Positions 12,508 to 25,916 of a DNA stretch of 64,000 nucleotides are shown in pieces. Below the pieces are notes generated by a model that was not told the DNA's origin, did not search any database, and was given only the letters and a program-made list of their open reading frames with translations. Numbering within the stretch: the stretch's first letter is position 1; each line of letters begins with the position of its first letter. Source of the stretch: Octopus sinensis (lineage: Eukaryota); contig NW_021832374.1 in NCBI RefSeq assembly GCF_006345805.1, forward strand, positions 62,001 to 126,000, written 5' to 3'. The translations under genes and the position numbers were made by a program.

Positions 12508-14021
12508 TTAGTTTTCACTTGAATCAAGTCTATAAATTTTGTACTGGTCTCCGTATTCGGTTGTCGCGATTTCGAAAATGCACCCAAAACATAAAAGAAC
12601 TTCCCCGGAATTCATATCTTTGATTATCTATATCGATTCAATAAAAATATAATTGTTTATCACATTAAGAAGTGAAAAGTATTCAAGAAATAAATTCTTT
12701 TCCATTAAATTATATTTTTGAAGCTGAAACATAAACTTGGATAAATATTCGTGGAACTCTCATTTTGTATGGAATAATTAAATTGAGAATAGCAATATTC
12801 TTGAACAGGGATCTTATATTTTGTGCATAAAATAAGATTACTGATATCAAAGAAGCCATTTCGTTTCCAAGAGAATAAATTTTTGTGATAATCTCTATGT
12901 TCATATTGTCCGATCCAGTGAGCCTAAAAATATAATATAGAAAATATTTCTCACATCATGTTCCATAAAAATTTTGAATAAATCTCATCTAATTGTACAT
13001 TCAAGTTAATCTAGCTTTGTTTATTTTATTTTCAGTCATATACCCAAAATTTTACTAAATAAAATGCATATTTAGGGCCTTGTTGAAACATCCTTCCATA
13101 TTGTGGAGAAAATTTGTCGCTAATTTTATTTAGATTAATTTTCTAATAAATATATTTTAAAAAAATCGATAAACTTCATAAATGAAATCACAGGTAGATT
13201 CTATCCGTGAGAAAATATGTTTTTGCTTCGATATAAGCTTAAGTTAATTAGATTAAATATCTATACACATAACTGAAGCTTTTTAGTTTCTGAAAATATG
13301 TAATAATTATGTAATCTCAGTCTCACCCCGATAAAACCTCTGAAATCTAAATTATGCTGCATAATGTTGTTTATTGAAAGATTATATTGAAGAGGTGTTT
13401 GGTTGGAAAAAGAATTTCTAAAAGTTTTAAAATTTACTGAAACTTAGACTGTTGATTTGATGATATAATCTTAAAATATTTTAATCCAAACATTTACATT
13501 ATTAGAAGAAAAATTAAAAAATTTTGAGCATGACATTTTTGATTTGTCTGGAATAAAGTAATTCGTACTAAATGGAAATGATGCTTTGAACGAAAAATCA
13601 AAAGAGTAACTATTTGTTTGTTTGTTTTTAATAAATTGCTTAATTTTAGAGAATATTTTAAATATACATCTCTTTTTTTCATTCGACGATTTAATACCTG
13701 GATGTGACTTGATACTTGTTTCCGAGTACGAGTCTTGCCAGTTTTTTTATGTATATAACGAGCAATAAGTTCGTTCCTACCTAATGATATGTTAGATATA
13801 AAATAAAAAGGCCAACCAAACATTTTCTCGTCACTAGCAACAACTATCTTTTTTCTCCCACACGGGGGATATATATTTAAGGCATCTTGAAAAATTTTGT
13901 CAACTTCGGACGACCACACTCCTTCAGAAATTGAATCGTCGTCAGAATTGATTCTTAGCTCAGCGTTGTTGACGATTTGATTTTTTTTGTTGTACCTTCC
14001 AAAATCGTTCCAGTTTTCCAT
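12508..14021 (-). CDS. TEAD: TEAD/scalloped transcription factor (internal exon boundaries partly uncertain)
   Basis: TEA domain [53 protein letters not shown]-binding-domain pieces: [32 protein letters not shown], and the C-terminus [26 protein letters not shown]. Confidence 0.93.
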
Positions 14022-14590
14022 TTTAAATGAACAAAGTCTGAAAATATAGAGAAACTCTATCTTTCAATTAATTCTTTTATGCTGAATTAATTAAATAGAT
14101 TCATAGAATTTTTAACATCAAGTATTGACAGTTAACTATTCTATCTAGTCTACATAATCGATAAAAAACTTGCTATTGTCGTTCTCTAACGATTTGTTAT
14201 TACATATTGAAACTTAGTAAACTTAACTTAGCATTAATAATCACAAACTTAACTAAATTAAAGAGAACTAATTCAATTAAAAGCAATATTGATGTAGCTA
14301 AAATAATGAAAACATGAGAAATAGTTTATAAATTAATACAGGAAAGTATCAAAAATTTAACAAGCTTGCGGTGGCTCTATTTCTTATCGCAAACCAAACT
14401 TAACCTTTGATTGCAGAAAATTAATTTTAAGCGGCAATTTTTTAGAAATGGATTTTTATTTCAATAGGCTTACGAGTTGCGTTTTTCGCAGAAAATTGAT
14501 ATTAATTAAAATTTTTTGATGGCTTATCTCATGAGATTATTGCAGCTTTTGTCAATCTAGACATAATCCATCAATTGAAATATTTAAAAA

Positions 14591-14640
14591 CTAGCTCGGC
14601 AGCTCGCTTCGCTCACCGCAAAGCAGCAGGTAAAGAAGCA
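14591..14640 (-). mobile_element. Helitron-like 3' terminus (GC-rich hairpin followed by CTAG|T)
   Basis: The minus strand reads gcggtgagcgaagcgagctgccgagctag|t; it is GC-rich in an AT-rich context and lies where the hAT transposase homology breaks. Confidence 0.4.
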
Positions 14641-14699
14641 ACAGGAAACAGTTTTAATTAAATACCTTAAGCTCAGGTTTTTTTCGGATTCGTTTTCTT

Positions 14700-15730
14700 T
14701 TTTTCAACTCCATAGCCAATCAGGATTCTAAGAAAATGCCAATGGCTTGTTGTTTTCTTAAGAAAATTCTTTAAAATCTGACAATAATTCTTTGAAACAA
14801 GTAAGAACTAATCCCTTACTTAACCATCTTGTTTCACAATGTAAAAGTAGATCGCCATAGATTGCATCGACTTCTCGTAGAAAAAGTCGAAATAATCATC
14901 TTTTTAAGGTCTTGGCTCGAATAGAATTGATCATTTTAACGATAGTCTCCATAACATAGTTAAAATTTAACATTTTCCCACATTATGCATGTTAGTGAAT
15001 AATGCAATGATATGTTAAAAAATTCGGGAAATGAACATCTATCCGACAAAATGCAATAAATCCATTTTGATTTCCGATCATTGCAAAGGCTCCATCTTTT
15101 GTTATGGATACAAGTTTCTTCATTAACGGTAATTACTCAGATGATAACAAAAACTTTTTAAAAGAATTATAAATATTTTCACTACTTGTTCTTTCTTTCA
15201 GAGCTATGATAGCAAATAGCTCTTCTTTCACAGTTAGATCATTGAAGAGTAAACGAAAAAATACACATAGTTGAGCAATATCAATCGCATCGTTTGATTC
15301 GTAAAACTGTAGAGAAAAACATAAAAATGCCTACAGATTCTTTTTTAATCGCGAAAAAAAATTTTCAGAAATACTTTCAGTCCTTCTGACAATAAACTGT
15401 TTTGAGAGTGGCAGGTTTTTAATACAATTTGAAATTTACTGTTCATTTTTTATATCATCAAATAGTGAAGCAGAAACTTTCAACAAACAAGATTTTAAAA
15501 TTTCACCATCAGTGAAATTTTTTTGTGGTTTAGTAGGAGACATGTCACTCGCAATGATGCAATTGTTGCAAATCTGGACGAATTGATGAAGTCTTTCAAA
15601 ATTTTATGTTTTGTAAAAAAATATCTTTTTAATTTTTCAACTTTCTCTTTTCGTGATAAGGAATTTGAGGGAAAGTTTTTAAATACAAAATATAATTTGC
15701 AATTTATATATCGAAGGCGATCGACCAAGA
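14700..15730 (-). mobile_element. Decayed hAT transposase (GTF2IRD2/SPIN-like)
   Basis: Interrupted minus-strand ESNDAIDIAQLCVF..VKEEL..LVSITKDGAFAMIG..YHCIIH..DLLLHCETRWLSKG. Confidence 0.85.
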
Positions 15731-15744
15731 AATGCGCCTCTGAT

Positions 15745-16220
15745 AAAGAATTTTTCTAATTTTTTGGTGGGAAAGTTTTAAGGATTTCATCATGTGAGTC
15801 GGGGACATGGTTGTTGTTCATTTTAACCCAAATAGAGAATTTTTTAATTTTTTGGGGAAGGTTTTAAGGACCTCATCATGTGAGTCGGGGACATGGTTGT
15901 TGTTCATTTTAACCCAAATAGAGAATTTTTTAAATTTTTTGGGGAAGGTTTTAAGGACCTCATCATGTGAGTCGAGGACATGGTTGTTGTTCATTTTAAC
16001 CCAAATAGAGAATTTTTTAAATTTTTTGGGGGAAGGTTTTAAGGACCTCATCATGTGAGTCGGGGACATGGTTGTTGTTCATTTTAACCAGAATAGAGAA
16101 TTTTTTTATTTTCTTGGAAAAGGTTTTAAGGACCTCATCATGTGAGTCAAGGACATGGTTGTTGTTCATTTTAACCATAATCTAAAAAATATTTTTTTTA
16201 ATTTTTTGGCTAGAAAGTTT
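15745..16220. repeat. Tandem repeat, 86-88 bp period, five cores plus partial flanks
   Basis: tcatcatgtgagtc recurs at 15787, 15873, 15960, 16048 and 16135. The core aaggttttaaggacctcatcatgtgagtcggggacatggttgttgttcattttaacc is followed by a T-rich linker. Confidence 0.97.
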
Positions 16221-16507
16221 TGACAATTTATTTGTACTTTGCCAATTCATTAAAACCAGCAAACCATCCCGAAAATTAATGAAACTTTTTTTGGAAAATG
16301 CCCTACCAGAAGAAAAATATGATTAATAGTCTAAACTAGACTGATTATAAATAAAGAAAAATCTCTCCAATTTTAGAGCGGGTGCAACAATTGATTTTTC
16401 AATATCAAGATGACCACCCGTAACTTTTTCTACACGACATGACATGAGCATTGAAATTAAAAAAAACTAAATAAAAATTTTGTCGTATTCCAGTTTGATA
16501 ATAAATA

Positions 16508-16883
16508 ATGAAACGAAAACCACCGCAAAACCTCCACGGGTTTACAGTAACGAAGAACCTGAAATACCTTGGGGTTGAAGTTGGATCCAAGGGTTCTTAC
16601 TTCAGATACATCGACTCGAAGAGAAGGAAATGCGCTCAAATTCTCAGGAGCATAATTCATTTCCACCTTTGTCCGGAAACATTTTTATATGTTAATAAAA
16701 CGTGCGTCGAATTATTGCCTACCTACGGGTTCGAGGGATGGTACCCGACTGCTGAGAGGGATGGCTAAGCTCGAAAAGACGAGACGATATGCCGGTCAAA
16801 TTGGCAAATGGACTCCAGCTGGACAAATTCATCCCTCAAAAGACGGAAACGATTGGAACTTTTCATCCCGAATCTGGAATTAA
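16508..16883 (+). mobile_element. LINE RT C-terminal remnant
   Basis: KNLKYLGV..LYVNKTCVE.L..YGFEGW.P matches the post-RT pattern of non-LTR elements. Confidence 0.55.
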
Positions 16884-17929
16884 ACATAAAAAAGAGAGAA
16901 ACAACACAAAAGAAGCATACTTTAATTTTTTCTTTCTTTTTCGGCTTTTCCTTTAAAATAAATAAATTCATTTATTCATTCAATAAATAATTAAGGTTGG
17001 TAAAAGCTTACAAAACTTAACAATATTGCCAAAAAACAGAGATGGAATATCTTCAAGTTTTAAATCTCTACTTTAATTTTTTTATAAATACACGTTCATT
17101 GTGATTGCAGAATTATAATTGAAAAATAATTTTTGTCAACTATAGATTTTGTAGCTATTTAAAATTATTATTTTTTTAGATTAATTATTTATTTTAAAAA
17201 ATTTTTTAATTACTAATCATTTTTGGTTGCTTGTTGTGGATAAAAAAGAATGAAACAAAATGAATTGAATAAAAACAGAAATGGAGATAATTTTATCTCT
17301 AGAATATTAATCATTTTATATCGTGAATATATTACAATAACTTGCCATTCTATTCTGGACTTCCATGAACAAATTTTAATACGTATGATATTTGTTTTTT
17401 ATATTATTTAAGATGGGATTTGCCTATTTTCCTTTTTGACATTATTTGTGGCCTTCTTATATTACATTCCTCAACATATCAAGTCGATCCTATCTTTAGT
17501 TAAATTTTAATATTATTCATAATAATTATCTTAATTAATTCTATTTCGTTTTGAGTAGTAAATTTTTTTGATAAGTAGATTTAATGCACTGAGCTAACGA
17601 GATGGTGAACTCTCTCTATCTTCTCCTCTGCAATAAGTATGGCTTGAGGCGGTCTAGAAAGCTTATCGATGTGTAAGAATTTAAAGGCGTGTATTAAGGT
17701 GGATAACCGAATACGAATTTCAATTGTTGTCCAGCATAACAAACCTGACATTGTGGTTCCTGACATTTAGTTAGTAAGGAGTACTAAACTGCATTTTCTC
17801 GGGACTTCAAAGGGCTTGACTCTAGTACTTGGATATGAATATTCTTTATAAAATAATAATCTAATTGGCTATCTAATAATCTAACTGAGTACTGAGACTT
17901 CTATTTTTAAAAAAGATTTAAGACATTTA

Positions 17930-18540
17930 TTCATCAGGAGATCTTTTATAGGGATGATCAGGGCACTCTTATCAGAAACCTATCTATCGGTCAGGGTACG
18001 AGACAAGTGCTCTAAACCATTTGAAACAACATCTGGAACACCTCAAGGGGATTCGCTATCTCCTATACTGTTTGTCATATATCTGGAAGCTGCATTGAGA
18101 GAACTAAAACCATACTATGAAAGAAAGATCAATGTGGTGGCATACGCGGATGACGTGGATTTTATTTCTTCAGACAAGGACGCTCTGGAAAGCCTATTGG
18201 AGGTGATGCCAAATAGACTTGCTGAGTGGTTCCTCAATGTAAATGTGGAGAAAACAGAATTTACTGAACTAGCAAGACAGAAGTCTAAGCTGGACGAACA
18301 TTGGAGAAAAGTATAGAAACTCGGATCTCTATTGGGAGACGAACAAGACGTGATTATGCGGAAAACACATGCAAACAGTGCACTACGCAGCTTGAAGGAA
18401 AATTGGCTAAAACACAAAGGACTCAGCACAAAAACACGGATACGACTATACAGTTCACTAGTGAAGCCTATACTTCTATATAACGCCGGAACTTGGGGAC
18501 TTTCCGCTACAGACAATGACTTTGCCAAGTGAGGGCATTG
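17930..18540 (+). mobile_element. RTE-like LINE RT fragment
   Basis: GTPQGDSLSPILF..AYADDVDF (RT motifs 4-5), followed by LVKPILLYNAGTW. Confidence 0.9.
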
Positions 18541-18989
18541 AGTCGGACTTAAAAGCAACCACAGAGGAGGCTGGCCCTGTGAGATAGATGAGTGTGCTTA
18601 ATCGGCTTTAATTCGAAAAGGAGAATCGACTGAGAACAGACGCATTAATTGAAAATTAATCATTACTCATTGTTCTGGTCAATAAACTAGTAATTGAATT
18701 AGTTTAGTTTTAACCGCGTCATTGCTAATTAAATCTATACATTAAATAGATAATTACATGAATTGTCCTTGAATCCGATGTAGCTACTTATTTAAAGATG
18801 AAATTTCAATTGTGCTCGATAAATGGAGGTTTGGTTTTTACGCAAATTTAATAAATATTAACTATTTTACGGGCAATTAAATTTATGTTAAATAAGATCA
18901 TTCCGAGTTAGCTCATGATGAGTTCCTTCGGAAAATCTTTTAGGCGATATATAAGAAAAGTCACTTGAAATTTTTTTCTTGTTTTAGAA

Positions 18990-21892
18990 TACTGATAAAC
19001 AAGATTCCACTACAACTCTTTTTGAAAACTATGTTAAAGGAGTTTCTAGATCTTCTAAATCTATAATTTGTCATAAAAACGAACAATTAAAATCAATGAG
19101 CTACCCTGATATGTTTGAAGAGATAATTATGGACGTCGCTACTGAACTGGACGTGGCTTTGGTGTGTTATAAAATAATGCTATATGTTCAGGTTTTTGTT
19201 ACTTTGAAGATATTTCAAGAGTCTGATAAAAGCAGATCGAAGTAGTCTGTTTTTAATTGATCAAGAAAGTAGTATGAAAGAATTAGTCCCTTTTTTATTT
19301 GATATAAATCAAACTTCAACTCTTGAAAATGCTCGGGAAGGGTCGCAAAAAAATGTTTCAATTCCATTGGGATTTGGTATTGCTGGCTATGTAGCACAAC
19401 ATAACATTCCTGTCAATTTAAAAGATGCATACGAAGTATTTTACTCAGATTTGATAATGTCTTTAATAGGACGCTAGATTTGACGATTCTATTGATAAGT
19501 TAACAGGATACAAAACCAAAAGTCTTCTTTGCCTGCCAATTACAGATTCTGATAATCAAGTGATAGGAGTTGCAGAAATTACAAACAAACTTGACGGAAC
19601 AGAGTTTTCAGAAGAAGATCAAAATGTACAACGTCCTGATTAGAGTCTAGAATTTTCGTCGTTACTTAATTTTTTGTGGCATCAGTTTAATGAACGCGAA
19701 ACTCTTTCAAATGTCAATCCAAGAGTTCAAAAAAAATGAGGTAAAAATTAATAGCAATATATAAATAGATTGTGTTAAATATGGCTCAAAAAATAATGCA
19801 AGAACAAAGTTGTTTATCCGATTTTTTAAAAAGCATAATGACAGAATCAATTGAAATATTTTCATGTGAATCTTGCTTAATTTATCTTTTAACCAATCCT
19901 TTTGAAATCGGTACAGATGTTGTAAGACTTAATTATACTAAATATTATTCACAGAAATTTGAATTCAGCAATATTTACAAAATTAGCAATGATGAAACAT
20001 TCATGAAAATCCCGTAATCAAAAATTTATTTATTTGGATTTTAGATTGGAAGAGTTTATTGATAATAGTCTTACGCATATTGCAGTTACTTCAATTAAAT
20101 TAAATGAAACTTCAAAAATTAACAAATCAAATTCCGATTCATACAAAATTGGAGTTAAACTAGAAAATCATATTTTTAGGATAAAACATATTCATTTTCG
20201 TCTTTAGTATGCACCCCAGTTTATGATAAATCAAAAAATATAATTGGATGCGTTCAGATTATTGATAAAATTGGAGGAAATACTTTTTCTTCGTACGAAA
20301 AAAGCATTTTAGAAGTATTTTGTTATTATTAATAAAGGCCTTTGCTATCTTTTGTGGTTTAGGAATAAAAAATGCAAGGCAAATGGAAGAAACACATACA
20401 TTAATGCAAAAACAAAAACTAACATTAGAAATGTTCACATATCACATGTCTCCGTCTTCACAAGAGGTCAACAGAATAATTGTACCTGAATATAATTTTA
20501 AATAGTAAGAACTACAAATTGAAGAAACCAGATTATAAGTTGAATACTTTTGAGTTTAACGATTTTCCTCTGTCAGACGATGAAAATATAATGGTCATTG
20601 TTAATATCTTTCACAAGATGGATATTTTGAATAAGTTTCAAATAAAATATGAAGTTATTAAAAAATAATTTTTAATAGACGTTGGTAAAGTGGATTTGTT
20701 GTGTTAAGAAAAATTATCGAAACGTTTTATACCACAATTGGCGACATGCTGTAAATGTTATGCAGACTATGTTTGCTATGCTGGAGGTTGGTAATATTAT
20801 ATACTACAAATTTTCATTTAAATAAATTATAGACAGGGAAAATGATGAGCTATTTTACAGATGCTGAAATGTTTTTGCTCTTAGTAGCATGTCTATCACA
20901 CGATTTGGATCATCGGGGGACTAACAATGCATTTGAATCAAAGTATTCATGAATTAGAATCATTAAAAATCAAGGATGGCCTCACCTTTGGTTAAATTAT
21001 ACTCAACATCTACTCTTGAAAGACATCATTTTGACATGACATTACTTATAATACAAACTGAGGTGAGATTTTTAAAAGATTTATAAAATAAAGGGAAATA
21101 ATATTTTTGAAAACTTTACAGAAGATGAATATAGATTTGCTGTAAAAATGTTAGAAAAAGCTATCTTGTCTACTGATTTGTCAATCTATTTTCAGTAAAA
21201 TAAAATGAATTTACTTTCGAATAGAAAACGGAGTAAATTCATAAAATTTACAGAACAAAATAAAAAAATTGAAACTGAAGAAGAGTTAGATCTTTTAAAG
21301 TACACAAATTTAAATTAATTAAAAGAGCAATGATGATGACTGCCTGTGATGTTTCGGCAATTACCAAACCGTGGCAGATTCAAAAATATGTTGCAGTAAA
21401 AGTAGCAAGCGAATTTTTCGAACAAGGTGATATGGAAAAAAATATTCTAAAATCTCAACCAATTGTACTATTTAATTATATTCATCAAATTTCTAGGATA
21501 TGATGAATCGTGACAAAAAGAATTTATTACCAAAAATGCAGATAGGTTTTATTGATGGAGTTTGTATGCCTGTGTATGAAGTATTATTAATATTGCCAAA
21601 TAAAATTAGGCCTTTTCAAAGCTACAGCCAGAATTAACTCCACTTCTCAGTGGAATTCAAAATAACAGAAAACAATGGCTTCGTCTTTCAAACAAATATG
21701 AAGAAACAAATGAATCCGGTATTTTTATTTATTTGTACAATAGTTATAAATTTTGACGAAATTTTGACTGGATGCCCACCAGAGAATATTTTTTATGAAT
21801 CAGATGAAGATGGCATAGAATCTGCTCCAGTAAAAACTCAAAAAAATTCGCAAAAATCAAATATAAAAGTTTCTGAAATTATTTTTACGTAG
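18990..21892 (+). CDS. Dual-GAF cyclic nucleotide phosphodiesterase, PDE5/6/11 group; about 20 short introns; true N- and C-termini lie slightly outside (about 18800 and 22070)
   Basis: GAF-A: [57 protein letters not shown] follows. Catalytic motifs: [66 protein letters not shown]. Confidence 0.93.
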
Positions 21893-23360
21893 GTAAAAAA
21901 CGTGCTACTGGGAGAAACGACCAAGACAAAAAAAGAGCCTTTGAAAATTACAAAATTCAAAAGAAGTCAAAAAAGTTTCTTTTATTTTAATATTTGTAGT
22001 AGTGCCAACAACTACAAAGAAAAAATAACTGTATATGCCATAATAAATGTTGTCTCTAATTTTATTAAATAAAACTAATTCATTTTGCACAATAAAAATT
22101 TTAATTTACCTAAATTAAATAATATGTAAGAATGTCAATTTTAATCTTTCTCATACTTTCTTGACTTTCTCTATTCGTAAAGTGATTCAGATATGCAGAC
22201 TCGCCTTTTTTAAAGTGCTGACAGACACTGGTGAAATTGTAGTCATACCGATTTAATGATAAATCTCTTTTATTTTTTTGTCCAGTACAAGATTCCTTTT
22301 TAATGATTCCAGTCCATCTAATGTTAATACAATGATTACTATTTTGACTCTCAATGACGAATTAATTTTAACTCTTTTGATAAAAGGTTTCAATCTCCAC
22401 TTGTTGTAAATTTAGGAAGATGTTATTTCCAGTTGATGCCCGTGCCAGAAACTTCGATCGGGTTTGACGAGTTACGCCGTCATAGAAATCTGATCACATA
22501 AAGATTCCAAATACGAATACGATTTCGGATGGGATTTCACGACCTTTCTAGTTTAGAACAGCCGCATGCCAATAAAAAAACTCAAAGGACAAGAGAAACT
22601 CATTCATGTCTTAATCTCTGAATTAATCAGAATAACTAACTTACTTTTTCTCTCTTTTGCTCTTTGTGTGGCTGGAAAAAACAGAACTTAATGCACTTAC
22701 GTCATTACACACGGAATGACATGGACTTTAAACTGGTGCATCAGCGCTAGCTCGTTTGGGAAAAAGTTGTACTTATTTCTCTTTTCCATTTTCACTTTCT
22801 TCAAAAGATCTAGAAATGTGATGTCTACTGCCATAATAAAATCTTCCCACTTTATCGCAAACCACAATGTCGGATTTGTTGTCCTGGACAACAATCAAAA
22901 TGCGTATTAGAGTATCCACCTCAATGCACATCTTCGAGTTCTCAAACACTAATTAAACTTTGTGTTAATAAAATTCTTCAAATGATGGAGGTGTTTTACA
23001 ACTAGTTGAAAATTATATGTGTAATAATGGTTACTCCCCACCTCGTAGCTAAATAACAAACAGTTATCGCCTAACTTTAAAAGTGATCACACCGTTTCCA
23101 TTGACGATTAAAAACGTTTTAATCTTGCAAATATGAGAATAGCTCTTCTTATTTTATTTTCTCTTTTAATAGAAGCAAACATAGACAGATAAAGCTGTTA
23201 TTTTTTGGGTTCTTGATGCATTAACAAATTCTTCAAATTTGATATTGACTAAAAAAATAAATTTTATTTGCAAAAAATATTTTTAAAATGATAAAAAATT
23301 TGAAAAACAAGTATACACGTTTAAAATAACCATTAATATTCTTAAAAAGTAGCAAATATT

Positions 23361-23824
23361 TTATTTAAGATTAAAATCAATCAAATTCCTTGCTTGCAGT
23401 ACTACTTGAGATGGTTTGCACATTATTAAAGCAGGTTGGACTGTTTTAATTTGCGGACACGATGCTCGATGTTTAATTTTTGATAAATTAGTGGAATCGT
23501 CATATGAATAGCCAAAAAAGCTTTGTCTTTTAAAATAATTTTCAGGATAAATGGTTTTTTCATCAAATTTTGATATATTCCGGTCATGTGAAGAATTAAA
23601 TTCGAACCATTTTTTTCTTTTATAGCTTAATTTTGGGAGATTTTCAAGATTTATTTTTAATACATTAATCCTATCTGTATATTTTTGAAGGATTTCTTTT
23701 TGTCATTTTCGATTTTTTGTAATTCCTTTATAAGTGACTGAGAGCTGTAAATATTCTTTATTCTATAGTCTTTTAGAGATGTATTTATAAATGTTTTAGA
23801 ACGAGCATAGTCGTAAATGACCAT
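23361..23824 (-). CDS. Orphan, apparently intronless 155-codon ORF with one frameshift at 23697-23701
   Basis: ATG at 23824 opens MVIYDYARSK..ELQKIENDKK. The -1 frame continues KEILQKYTDRINVLKINLENLPK.. with no stop for about 110 codons to TAA at 23361. Confidence 0.45.
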
Positions 23825-24813
23825 ATAATCATTCAACTGTTGATTAACAAATTAATAATTATAATCTTCCCGTTAAATCAATTATTATCAAAAACAATAC
23901 AAATTAACCGTTCTTAAGACAATTTTTCCTACACAAAAAATTTGATTATAGAAGTCTTGACTAAGGCGTACTTTCAATTAGTGGCAATCAGGAAAACTTT
24001 GAAATTCGTAGTCGTTGAACACAAACGTGGCACTACGGTTGATAATCAAAACAACTAAAAAACAAAGTTGCGAAAGAAAAGAATAGTCTTATCGATAGAG
24101 GAGAGGAACTGGGAGTATCAGTTGACATGTCAGAGAGTCGGCCTTCTTAAAATACGAAGAAGAGAGATGTCAAAACATGACCTATCAACTGAGTAGCTAT
24201 CCTAAAACGAGAAGAAACATTAATTAATGATAATATAATCTTCGAAGTATTATATTGACTATTATTCGATCTCAAACAATTTTTATGAACAAATTAAATT
24301 TTTTTCCTTGTGTTTCAAAACAGATCAACATTTATTTTAAAATTGCAAAATATGCATGGTTTGTTTCTGTGGAATGATTTTTATCATTTCCCTAATTAAT
24401 AATTCAGGTGGATTGCCTAAAAATTAAATATTTTTATTTGTTTAAAAACTTTATTCATTAATTGTAATAAAGAATCTTAATTTTGGCATTTCTAAATTCT
24501 TTAAAATCACTGGGAGGTTAATAATCGTGATTTTCATTATTCGAAAATTGTTAATCTTTATGTTTAGACAAAAATAAAGAAAACTAATTCACCTCATTAT
24601 AACAAATCAAAGTTCTAAGTAAATAAAGCAAGAATCAATGATAAAATTTGATTAAAATACAAAATTTTTAATTAGAATTTAACTTATTAAATAAAAGTAG
24701 AAAATTGTATTCTCATTACACGTCTAGAGGATATATTTATCAAAAAGAAAACCGGTTAGAGTTATCGTCGGAGTTATAAGTTAATGTTTTTTCCTATTTT
24801 ATCCAGGACTTTC

Positions 24814-25916
24814 TCAACATAAATTGATGTGTTGTTCAACATCATTTGATTTTCTATTATTAAAATTTAATTTGATGAAACTTTGATAATCATATTGATC
24901 CAAAATAGCATAAATGTCCGATATAATCTGATTTTTAAAGATTTCTCTGTCATCGAGTGCATTTCTCAGTACATAAATAATTTCTTTTATAATGATCAAA
25001 TAATTTTCTATTTGTATAGGTAAGTAAACAACTTTGTATTTGTTGAAAGAAATCGAATTTTATTTTATTTGCTTCATGTTGTGATTTTTTTCTTAATCGG
25101 CAAATTCTAAAATAAATATTGAGATAATAACTTTGAAGAGAGATTTGCTCTTTTCTTTTTCACAGATTTTCGAACATCTTGGCTTTGATAAGTTGATATT
25201 TTTTCAATACTTTCAAGTTGTAATTTTATAATGTTTATTTCCTCACCAAACTTTTTAAGTTTCATCGGACATGATAAAATTGTATTTGAATCTCCTCTGC
25301 GTATTTTTTTTAATGGATTCATCATATTTATTGGAGCCATTGTAATAACGGGATCCGTATAGTGTATTTCTTTAATTGGATTTATTTCATGTATTCCCGT
25401 AAATAAGAAGTTTTCTTTTGGTCCTTTTTGATAATTATTATATTCCCAAAAATATTCTTTTTTAGATTTGTTTGACTTTTGGAAAAACGTTAATTTATCT
25501 TTTTCTATCTTTGAGTTAAATGAATAGTTTTCATAACAATTATTTAAGTTTTGATCGTAATAACCCTTGTCAATAATATTATGGGAATAATCATAATTTG
25601 GAAAAATATTTGTATCGTTTAAATTAAAACAATTATTTAGTGTTTGGTCATAGCAATTGAAATTTTCATTAAAAAAATTATCTGGCTGAATTTGATATAA
25701 TTGATTGTATGATTCTCCTTCGCAATAATCATTTGAATAATAATTATAGTTATTAAAACAATCAAAATTATTATAAAATGTATTATCTGGATACCAATAA
25801 GGTGCATTTAGATATGATGTTGATTCATATATATCGTTTACAAATGATGGGGGAATTACAAAACTATTTCCATCAATTTCATAATTTAAATTTTGATAAT
25901 TATTCCATTGAGACAT
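24814..25916 (-). CDS. CREBRF: CREBRF/REPTOR-like bZIP transcription factor, 3 exons
   Basis: Splicing the 25-nt introns 25107-25131 and 25008-25032 gives KKRANLSSKICRLRKKSQHEANKIKF..IIKEI, matching the CREBRF basic region [26 protein letters not shown]. Confidence 0.85.

Noticed and set aside
15807-16069. Repeat proteins from the 29-aa periodic ORFs on both strands
   Set aside because: They follow from the 87-bp period, and the frames break where the period is 86 or 88.
15745-16220. CRISPR array
   Set aside because: The linkers are near-identical rather than unique spacers, there are no cas genes, and the context is eukaryotic.
18115-18558. 147-aa minus-strand ORF (likewise 30932-31234, 56434-56826, 59774-60057)
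   Set aside because: Antisense shadows of transposon coding regions.
21890-22075. PDE6-type C-terminal CAAX motif
   Set aside because: Neither candidate last-exon frame ends in CAAX, so the subfamily is left as PDE5/6/11.
22140-22930. Tc1/IS630 transposase remnant
   Set aside because: Only a weak FVVLDN match, with no TIRs or further DDE motifs.
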